DNA of 19,720 nucleotides from a virus (lineage: Duplodnaviria; Heunggongvirae; Uroviricota; Caudoviricetes), in IMG/VR virus record IMGVR_UViG_2541047897_000009; one strand, given 5' to 3'. The position numbers and the translations under genes are program-made. The notes beneath the pieces are model-generated. The model had not been told where the DNA came from. It saw only the letters and a program-made list of their open reading frames with translations, and ran no database searches. How positions within the stretch are numbered: position 1 is the first letter of the stretch; each line of letters begins with the position of its first letter. Below are positions 1 to 7,022 of the stretch, piece after piece.

Positions 1-1254
1 ATGCCAAAACTCACAGATATGCAGATCCGCGCATGGATAAAGGCGGGAGACAGATTTGATGGCAAGGCAGACGGCAACGGCCTTTATATTTGCTACCCCA
101 AAAACTACACAGTCCCGTTCTGGCGATTCCGCTATAAGCTCGCAGGAAAGCAGCGGGCTATGGTTATAGGCTCTTACTCCGAACTGTCACTATCAAAAGC
201 CAGAGAAACAGCAAAAGAGCTGTCAGCCAGAGTTGCTCTTGGCTATGACGTAGCAGCAGAGAAACAGGAACGAAAAGCTGAAGCACTGGCAAAAATGGAG
301 GCTGAGAAAAACGCCATACGCGTTTCAGATCTGGCCGCCGAATACTTCGAGCGCCAGATACTTCCGAGATGGAAACATCCCGATATCCTTCGCCGGAGAA
401 TTGATAAGGATATTAACCCCTGCATTGGGCATATGAAGGTAGAGGACGTTAAGCCACGCCACATTGACGACATGTTGAAAGGTATCGTTGACCGAGGAGC
501 ACCAACGATAGCAACAGATGTATTACGCTGGACACGCCGTATCTTTGACTATGGGATAAAACGCCACGCTCTGGAGATAAACCCTTGTTCAGCGTTTGAA
601 GTATCTGATGCTGGTGGTAAAGAGGTTTCCCGCGACCGTTGGCTAACTCGCGATGAGCTTATCAGGCTATTCGAGGCTATGCGCACCGCAAAAGGATTCA
701 GCCGCCAGAACGAACTGACATTTAAGCTATTGCTGGCACTATGCGTTCGTAAGATGGAGTTATGCGCCGCACGATGGGAAGAGTTTGATTTAGATGGTGC
801 GGTATGGCATTTGCCGGAAGAACGCAGCAAAAACGGAGACCCTATTGATATACCTCTACCTTCCCCAGCCGTTGAATGGTTGAGAGAGCTACACACCTTT
901 TCATGTAATAGCGCATGGGTGCTTCCAGCCAGGAAAATGCAAAACAGAATGATCCCACATATTCAGGAAAGCACTTTACCCGTAGCACTGGCTAAGGTTC
1001 GCGCCGAAATGCCGGATGTGCCTAATTTCACGATTCACGACTTCCGACGCACCGCACGTACTCATTTAGCAGCGTTGGGTGTTGATCCTGTCGTGGCGGA
1101 ACGATGCCTCAATCATCGCATTAAGGGCGTAGAGGGGATTTATAACCGCCATCAGTATTTTGATGAGCGTAAAGCAGCACTGGCACAGTGGGCTGATCTG
1201 CTGGTGGCACTGGAAAGCGGAAAAGACTACAACGTGACACCAATTAGAGCATGA
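1..1254 (+). CDS. int: Tyrosine site-specific integrase, P4 / CP4-57 type
   Basis: 417-aa ORF; N-terminal P4-integrase-like domain (FWRFRYKLAGKQR); C-terminal catalytic signature HDFRRTARTHL and GIYNRHQY (H-x-x-R ... Y). Confidence 0.93.
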   Translation: MPKLTDMQIRAWIKAGDRFDGKADGNGLYICYPKNYTVPFWRFRYKLAGKQRAMVIGSYSELSLSKARETAKELSARVALGYDVAAEKQERKAEALAKMEAEKNAIRVSDLAAEYFERQILPRWKHPDILRRRIDKDINPCIGHMKVEDVKPRHIDDMLKGIVDRGAPTIATDVLRWTRRIFDYGIKRHALEINPCSAFEVSDAGGKEVSRDRWLTRDELIRLFEAMRTAKGFSRQNELTFKLLLALCVRKMELCAARWEEFDLDGAVWHLPEERSKNGDPIDIPLPSPAVEWLRELHTFSCNSAWVLPARKMQNRMIPHIQESTLPVALAKVRAEMPDVPNFTIHDFRRTARTHLAALGVDPVVAERCLNHRIKGVEGIYNRHQYFDERKAALAQWADLLVALESGKDYNVTPIRA

Positions 1255-1272
1255 TGGGAGGAGAGATTCATA

Positions 1273-2223
1273 ATGAAATTACCTGCGCATAAATATTATT
1301 CTTTGGATAAAGCAGCCAAACTGGCCGGATGTGAAGTATCCGATTTAATACACTATGCAGCAATTGGGGTTTTAGAAATATGCACAAAGATTCCACCTAT
1401 TGAATTGTTTTACCATTACCCAAAAGATGAAAATGCCGAGCCAGAATTACTTAAAGTTGAAACAGATAGCTTTTTCGATATAGATGAGAAAGTGGCAAAT
1501 GAGAACTACCTTCTTGGACTGAGCGATAATATAGATGATCCTGAATCATATGGATTATCATCCCTTGATGACAAAAATGACGATAACCACCTGTATTTTA
1601 TTAGATTTTCATACAAATCAGAGCATTTTTCAGTTATAGAGCGATACAATGTCGGAAAGGATAAAAGAGAGATAGAAAGATGGTGCGGTCTATTAGCAAT
1701 TCCTCCTGCATTCATAGATAACGATGAGCGAGAGCTATCAGAATGGGATGATTGGGAGATTTCAGTATGCGAATTGACGCCGCCAAGATGTGACGATTTT
1801 TATAAATCGCCGGATTATGAAATCGGAACTTTTTATATTGACGGATGGTATGAAGTAAGCCGGAACAAAATGTATATAACTGATTATGAATTCAATCTCC
1901 TTATCAATGGAGGAAGATATATTTATGATAAACCCATGCACAAGCCTTCTGCAAACAAGTTATCCAATGATATAAACACGTTGAAAGTCAATAAACGTGC
2001 CGAACGACACGCTGTCAATAGGGAGAAACTATTAAAATCTGCAATTTATATACTTAGTAAGTATCCAGATGAATGCAGAGGAGAAAGGAAAGAAATAAGC
2101 CCGGAAAAGTGGCGTGACTGCCTTGTTCGGCATTTAGGCGAAGTTCCACCACTTATGATAACTAATGAAGATGTAATTCTTAAACATCTACGAGCTGCGG
2201 CAAATGGCAAAGTAGATAGTTAA
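1273..2223 (+). CDS. Hypothetical protein, 316 aa, AT-rich; N-terminal HTH-like motif (AAKLAGCEVSDLIHYAAIG), acidic middle, unknown C-terminal domain
   Basis: Long ORF 19 bp after int stop; markedly lower GC than flanking genes; same position as yfjH in CP4-57 (int-yfjH-alpA), homology unverified. Confidence 0.7.
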   Translation: MKLPAHKYYSLDKAAKLAGCEVSDLIHYAAIGVLEICTKIPPIELFYHYPKDENAEPELLKVETDSFFDIDEKVANENYLLGLSDNIDDPESYGLSSLDDKNDDNHLYFIRFSYKSEHFSVIERYNVGKDKREIERWCGLLAIPPAFIDNDERELSEWDDWEISVCELTPPRCDDFYKSPDYEIGTFYIDGWYEVSRNKMYITDYEFNLLINGGRYIYDKPMHKPSANKLSNDINTLKVNKRAERHAVNREKLLKSAIYILSKYPDECRGERKEISPEKWRDCLVRHLGEVPPLMITNEDVILKHLRAAANGKVDS

Positions 2224-2329
2224 CTTACTATAGAGGTACTGCAAAAATACAGTACCTTTTCATTGTATATCTATACAGTTAGTTTTCTCGTAACGAAGCA
2301 ACAACTATCGTTAAGAGGTTACGGGAAGC

Positions 2330-2533
2330 ATGAACACTGACACTATTCCTACAAAAGGCTATATCAGACGCTTCCGCCTGGCTGAATTGCTGGGCGTTAG
2401 TGTATCCACCATCGACCGTAAAGTAAGAAACGGTTCACTACCACGTCCGGTAAAGCTGGGAGAAAAAATAACTGCGTTTGATGCGGTTGAGATTCACAAC
2501 TGGCTGGCAGAACGCCGCGGGAAGGTGGCCTGA
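2330..2533 (+). CDS. alpA: AlpA-family HTH transcriptional regulator / excisionase-like
   Basis: 67 aa; motif RLAELLGVSVSTIDRKVRNGSLPRPVKLG typical of AlpA/Xis HTH proteins. Confidence 0.88.
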   Translation: MNTDTIPTKGYIRRFRLAELLGVSVSTIDRKVRNGSLPRPVKLGEKITAFDAVEIHNWLAERRGKVA

Positions 2534-2964
2534 TGGAAAAGAAAAACCGCCCATTACAGGCGGCTAATTCAGATATTCGCGTATCTGATGTTACGCCCCT
2601 TACAAAATCCCTTCAAGCACCAAAGCGCACACCGAAAAAGCATCGTGCCCGAGTCTATATGCTGCGTACTGGTATAGAGGGATGGACAGAAAATGACATT
2701 CTTCGCTACTGCCGTCTGTCTTCTGGTCGTAACTATGCAACAGAGTTAGAACGCCAGCTTGGAATCACTCTGGAGCGTATCGACGAAAAGAATCCTGATG
2801 GTATCGGAACACACCTCCGCTACCGTTTTTCCTGCCGTGGTGATGTTCTGAAAGTGATCACTCATGTTAACCATCTTGCGAACATAAATGATCACAACGG
2901 ACTTTCTCAGCAGGAAATTGCCGACATTCTGAAACTCTACCCGGACGCGTTTAACGCCGCCTAA
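2533..2964 (+). CDS. Hypothetical protein, 143 aa
   Basis: ATG overlaps alpA stop (TGATG), implying translational coupling; basic N-terminus. Confidence 0.65.
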   Translation: MEKKNRPLQAANSDIRVSDVTPLTKSLQAPKRTPKKHRARVYMLRTGIEGWTENDILRYCRLSSGRNYATELERQLGITLERIDEKNPDGIGTHLRYRFSCRGDVLKVITHVNHLANINDHNGLSQQEIADILKLYPDAFNAA

Positions 2965-2976
2965 CGGAGACTGAAA

Positions 2977-3810
2977 ATGAACATCGAAAAAAGCAGATTA
3001 ATTTCTGAGGCCGCCCCTCATCCGAACGCCTCTCTGGGCACAATTAACGGTAATGAATTTGCCGCAATTGTCCCGGTTATTCCTGGTCATATCGGTGGGC
3101 GTGAAACCAATATTGTTAGCGCAAAAGCGTTACACAAAGCGTTGGGCGTGGGAAAAGACTTCTCTACATGGATCACTGATCGCATCTCTGAGTATGACTT
3201 CACCATTGGGCGCGATTACTCAGTCCATAAAACAATTTCCCCAAATTTGGGGAAAAGCCCGAATGGCGCGGCTTACAGCAAGATTAAGCAGTCTGGCAGA
3301 CCCGGTAAAGACTATCTGTTAAGTGTCGGAATGGCGAAAGAACTGGCAATGATCGAACGCAATGATCAGGGTCGCGCTATCCGCCGTTATTTCATCCAGT
3401 GCGAGGAAGAATTACAGCGTAGCGTGCCTGAAATCGCCGCCCGCTATCGTCGCCAGCTAAAAGCCCGTATCAGTGCCGCAAACAACTTTAAGCCAATGTG
3501 CGATGCGCTGAATATGGCCCGTGCCGAGATGGGTAAAACGACGCAGCAACACCACTACACAAACGAGAGCAATATGATTTCTCGTATCGTTCTTGGTGGG
3601 CTAACTGCTAAGCAGTGGGCGCGGATAAATGGCTATTCTGGCGAACCTCGCGACCATATGAACGCAGAACAGCTTGAGCACCTCTCATATCTCGAAAGCA
3701 CCAATATCACGTTAATTGATATGGGCATGGAATATGAGCAGCGCAAAGGAGAACTCACCCGCCTGTCGCAACGCTGGCTCGCTAAGCGTCTGGAGGCGGT
3801 CCATGTTTAA
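2977..3810 (+). CDS. Phage antirepressor (AntA-like N-terminal domain + KilA-C/AntB-like C-terminal domain)
   Basis: SAKALHKALGVGKDFSTWITDRISEYDFTIGRDY matches the AntA pattern; KDYLLSVGMAKELAMIERNDQGRAIRRYFIQCEEEL matches the KilAC pattern; GGAGA RBS. Confidence 0.85.
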   Translation: MNIEKSRLISEAAPHPNASLGTINGNEFAAIVPVIPGHIGGRETNIVSAKALHKALGVGKDFSTWITDRISEYDFTIGRDYSVHKTISPNLGKSPNGAAYSKIKQSGRPGKDYLLSVGMAKELAMIERNDQGRAIRRYFIQCEEELQRSVPEIAARYRRQLKARISAANNFKPMCDALNMARAEMGKTTQQHHYTNESNMISRIVLGGLTAKQWARINGYSGEPRDHMNAEQLEHLSYLESTNITLIDMGMEYEQRKGELTRLSQRWLAKRLEAVHV

Positions 3811-3985
3811 GCCGACAGGAACACCACAACCTCAAAAACGCTACAAAGATGCCCACGGAGCACTCGTTACTGTCGAAAGCGTGTCTCACAACCGAGTGAC
3901 GTTTTATCGCGACGGGTATCAATCGCCATGCGTACAACCGCTGGCACGTTTCATGAAGGAGTTCGCGGAGGTTAACAAATGCTAA
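3803..3985 (+). CDS. Small phage protein, DUF4222-like (60 aa)
   Basis: Start ATG at 3803 overlaps antirepressor stop (ATGTTTAA); sequence MFKPTGTPQPQKRYKDAHGALVTVESVSHNRVTFYRDGYQSPCVQPLARFMKEF recalls the DUF4222 pattern. Confidence 0.6.
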   Translation: MFKPTGTPQPQKRYKDAHGALVTVESVSHNRVTFYRDGYQSPCVQPLARFMKEFAEVNKC

Positions 3986-4478
3986 CCGCCCAGAAGAAGA
4001 TATTTTCACTGGCCGATATGTCGCCAAAATCCAGCAATATGACAGCAAAATCAGGCATTAATACAGCAGATGCAAGCAAAGTTTATCATTTGCTGGTGGT
4101 AGGAGCGGATGCCTTAACTATGTCAGAAATTACGGTCGATGGTGTTAGCGTTGAGAAGGTCAGCGGCTGCGCCAGAGAATTTCTGGTCGTAGATGGCTTT
4201 CTCTGCTCGCGTAGTGGCTCCACAAAAACCTTCGTCCACACGCGCGACGTTAACGAAATGAGCGCGATGTATTGTGCATCTGGTGCTTCCAATAGTGAGT
4301 TTTCGGAGTCCATAAAAAAGAGCTTGCCGTTATGCGGCAACACGGTTTATGGTTATAAGGCACCTCATAAAACGGGTGCCGGGATTGGCGTCCTGGTAAA
4401 TCGAATGGCGACATATGACGCGCCGAGCGTCTTTTTTTATGTCGTAGGTCTGACTCACCCATTTTTTGGGCGTTGGTG

Positions 4479-4484
4479 TATAAT
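4479..4484 (+). promoter_or_regulatory. Consensus -10 hexamer TATAAT; candidate early promoter of the icd-to-primase operon (poor -35)
   Basis: TATAAT at 4479-4484 preceded by a T-tract; about 155 nt upstream of the icd-like start. Confidence 0.35.
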
Positions 4485-4490
4485 CCAGCG

Positions 4491-4640
4491 CCTTTGTCAA
4501 TCAATGGTGGCTCAGGCAGGGGCTTCTTCGGAAGCGCCGGTATCCATTCGAGCCGGTTACGCCAACCCTGTCTGGGCTACCACCAGCGAAATTGGCGTTT
4601 CCGGTGGTAGCGTTACATGCTATCGAATGGAGGCTGCCAC
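4491..4640 (+). ncRNA. Structured leader; possible P4 CI-like immunity RNA region with seqA/seqB-like repeats
   Basis: UUCG-tetraloop hairpin 4522-4535; 9-bp perfect stem GCTACCACC (4576-4584) / GGTGGTAGC (4603-4611); direct repeats ATGGTGGCT (4504-4512) and ATGGAGGCT (4627-4635), the latter overlapping the icd RBS. Confidence 0.3.
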
Positions 4641-4835
4641 ATGCTGGCTACTACCCCTACCCAAAAACCGCAATTTATCTGGATTATCGCCGCAGTTCGC
4701 CGCGATTGCCCGACAATTACCGCCAAAATTCATCATATTGCTGCCGAGTCTGAACGCGATGCTCGCCGTTCTCTGGTGCGCGATCACGTCTGCTTTTTTG
4801 CTGGTCGTATCCGCATGGAGGTGGCACATGATTAA
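4641..4835 (+). CDS. icd: Host cell division inhibitor Icd-like small protein (64 aa)
   Basis: GGAGG RBS 6 nt upstream; QKPQFIWIIAAVRRD ... ESERDARRSL ... FFAGRI resembles the Icd-like family of P4-type elements (from memory). Confidence 0.6.
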   Translation: MLATTPTQKPQFIWIIAAVRRDCPTITAKIHHIAAESERDARRSLVRDHVCFFAGRIRMEVAHD

Positions 4836-5046
4836 AACCTACGATGTGCATATGGATCCCCTCGAACGCACAAGCCAGATCATCACACTGACAGAAGTGA
4901 TTAACGACATTCTGGTGAGCAACTCTCCCTCACGAGACGAAAGACTGAAGGCGTTACTCGCGATATTGGATCTCGCCGTTCGTGACGTTCATTTCCTGCT
5001 GGAAGGTGGCGAAATGCCAGGAAAAACGGGGGCAACCAATGAATAA
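4828..5046 (+). CDS. Hypothetical small protein (72 aa)
   Basis: GGAGGTGG RBS; ATG overlaps icd stop (ATGATTAA); clean start. Confidence 0.55.
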   Translation: MIKTYDVHMDPLERTSQIITLTEVINDILVSNSPSRDERLKALLAILDLAVRDVHFLLEGGEMPGKTGATNE

Positions 5047-5233
5047 CTCAATTAATGCCCCTCGACTTACGTCCGCACTTCAATTAATCGAGCAAGCAGC
5101 GGCTGTCCTGGTTGCTGTCAGTCTTTCGGCTGAAGAAATGGACGCTGCTGATGTCGTGGATGCGATTAAAGCGTGCTCATCTTTGGTTAACGATGCCCGT
5201 GCAGAGCTGGTAATTCTTGGGGGTGAAAAATGA
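5039..5233 (+). CDS. Hypothetical small protein (64 aa)
   Basis: ATG at 5039 overlaps upstream stop (ATGAATAA); in-operon. Confidence 0.5.
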   Translation: MNNSINAPRLTSALQLIEQAAAVLVAVSLSAEEMDAADVVDAIKACSSLVNDARAELVILGGEK

Positions 5234-5493
5234 ATATCAACTTAATTTATCGTCATCCGTGTGAGCTGGAAATTGAATCATTGCTGAGTCGTGAAGAGCT
5301 ATATCCAGACACATTCACTCTTGCAGATCGCACGACTGAACGGCTTACCAGAGCGCGCACAGGTCTGGTTCATGTGATGAATGAGATTCTTCCATCGGTG
5401 GGAGGGGAACAGGCGACAGTAATCAATAGCTGGCTACAAAAAGTTACCTCCCTGATAGATATCAGTTTAATCGATGCGGAGAGTGCGAAATGA
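5230..5493 (+). CDS. Hypothetical small protein (87 aa)
   Basis: ATGA start/stop overlap with upstream gene; G-rich RBS. Confidence 0.6.
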   Translation: MNINLIYRHPCELEIESLLSREELYPDTFTLADRTTERLTRARTGLVHVMNEILPSVGGEQATVINSWLQKVTSLIDISLIDAESAK

Positions 5494-5711
5494 CCAACAT
5501 CCAGCTCATTGAAGCGCAATGTCGCATCGAACAGGTTCAGACTGTTTTAGGGTTCTGGCTTGAAGGGGCCAGCCCCAGCAACAGAGACAAGTTAATGATT
5601 GGCGCGGTTATGTCACTGCTCAATGGCGTACCAAAAGCTATTCAGGAAGCAGACGAATTGTTGGGCAAATATGAGTTACAGAATCATTCAGGCGAGGCGA
5701 AACATGAATAA
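5490..5711 (+). CDS. Hypothetical small protein (73 aa)
   Basis: ATGA overlap; GGAGAG RBS. Confidence 0.6.
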   Translation: MTNIQLIEAQCRIEQVQTVLGFWLEGASPSNRDKLMIGAVMSLLNGVPKAIQEADELLGKYELQNHSGEAKHE

Positions 5712-6306
5712 TTTCTTAACCTTCCATGCAGAAGCAACGCCTGACGGCGTAAACATCATGCACCGCAGCAACGATGGCATGACAGAACGCGTTGAGACCG
5801 TTTCATATATTGATGCCGTAAATCGTCTGGATGCCGGGGATTATGACGATAAACCAGATGAAGGTATGTCAATACATCTCGCTATTGCCGATGGCGGCAA
5901 CCAGGGATATTTCGATTACACATCACAGCATAACGTCATTATGTGGAGATGGCTGATCGCAACAGTATTCATGCTGGAAATGAGAGAGGAAAACGGCACT
6001 GTCAGCATCATTGATGATACTGGCAATCCTTCCGAAGTGGCTGTTTATTCCAACGGCATCGTCGCCATGCCGCTGTATCCAGTAGCAGAGCGCCTCGCTA
6101 TGGCAAACAACATTGAGGGCGCGATGATAGAACGTTTTGGCATCGAGTCTGGCACAGAACGCGCCATCATTTTCTACAGAGCCATGATGGATGTGGAACA
6201 AGGAGCACTGACTCCATTTGGTCGTGAAACGCTTGCTGAACTTCACAACAGCTTTATAGCTGAACTGAATGAAAACGGCATGCCAGCGGAACCAGTGACG
6301 CACTGA
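5704..6306 (+). CDS. Hypothetical protein (200 aa)
   Basis: Internal ATG at 5704 overlapping upstream stop (ATGAATAA) with GAGG RBS; preferred over the longer 5599 start. Confidence 0.6.
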   Translation: MNNFLTFHAEATPDGVNIMHRSNDGMTERVETVSYIDAVNRLDAGDYDDKPDEGMSIHLAIADGGNQGYFDYTSQHNVIMWRWLIATVFMLEMREENGTVSIIDDTGNPSEVAVYSNGIVAMPLYPVAERLAMANNIEGAMIERFGIESGTERAIIFYRAMMDVEQGALTPFGRETLAELHNSFIAELNENGMPAEPVTH

Positions 6307-6316
6307 GGATGGATCC

Positions 6317-6658
6317 ATGATTACTAAAAATTTCCGACTGAATGCGCTGGCAAATAAGTATGCGTCGGCACTGTATAACCACATTACCTCCACCAGCGGC
6401 GGGGACTATTTCATGGTTGATGCGGACGGCGAGGCCGTCCGTGTGGAAATCGTCAATGGAGTAAAAGGCGTTCGCAGCCTGATCGATAGCTACACACTGG
6501 CAGCCATGAAAGTGTTCTACCCGCAGTGGGAAACCGTGGGGATAGAGCTTCTTGATCGTTGCGTCACTAAGGACGGATTGACTGACGTCGGGCGTGAGAT
6601 ATGGCAAAGCATGGTTAATGACATGGGCGCAACTGTAGCGGGAGGTTCTCATGCGTGA
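6317..6658 (+). CDS. Hypothetical protein (113 aa)
   Basis: GAGGATGG RBS; in-operon. Confidence 0.6.
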   Translation: MITKNFRLNALANKYASALYNHITSTSGGDYFMVDADGEAVRVEIVNGVKGVRSLIDSYTLAAMKVFYPQWETVGIELLDRCVTKDGLTDVGREIWQSMVNDMGATVAGGSHA

Positions 6659-7022
6659 AAATGCAGAAATGGCGCTTAGCTCCGCAATCGGAGAGCAGGT
6701 GGCAAAGATTGCTGGCGCTGTGTGGATTCATAACCTTCATTCTACTGGTGAAGAGAAAATGGCAATTCAGACGCCAGAGGGACGCACCATTACTACATCT
6801 CTGAAGGCGTCAGATGTTTGTGATCTGATTTGCGCATTCATGTACCCAGCAATGAGGACTGTCCACGGCGATAAGTGGAAACTTGCGACAACCGCTGAAT
6901 TTGATATGTGGCTAAACAATGATGGCATGCTGACTGATTACGGAATAACCAAGTGGCAGATGCTGGTTAGCCATATCGCAAACGCTATAGACCACGTGGG
7001 GTACGGTGATGCGAAACATTGA
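6651..7022 (+). CDS. Hypothetical protein (123 aa)
   Basis: GGGAGG RBS; 8-nt overlap with upstream gene; overlaps primase start. Confidence 0.6.
   Translation: MRENAEMALSSAIGEQVAKIAGAVWIHNLHSTGEEKMAIQTPEGRTITTSLKASDVCDLICAFMYPAMRTVHGDKWKLATTAEFDMWLNNDGMLTDYGITKWQMLVSHIANAIDHVGYGDAKH

Larger units (their letters stand above)
3979..5046 (+). other. Uncertain ORF: well-supported start, but no in-frame stop for 1068 nt, crossing a promoter-like element and two better-supported genes
   Basis: GGAGG RBS at 3967-3971 and ATG 3979 overlapping the upstream stop (ATGCTAA); frame then stays open across the -10 box at 4479 and over the icd-like gene in another frame; its last 72 codons coincide with ORF 4828-5046. 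Confidence 0.25.

Noticed and set aside
243-896. Minus-strand ORFs inside the integrase gene (243-473, 549-896)
   Set aside because: Antisense to a confidently assigned integrase; S/R-rich translations; no RBS.
3053-3322. 89-aa plus-strand ORF nested in the antirepressor gene
   Set aside because: Alternative frame of a well-supported gene; no independent signals.
5599-5703. Longer N-terminal extension of the 200-aa protein (start at 5599)
   Set aside because: The extension overlaps the preceding 73-aa gene in another frame and lacks an RBS; the ATG at 5704 has a GAGG RBS and the operon's typical stop/start overlap.
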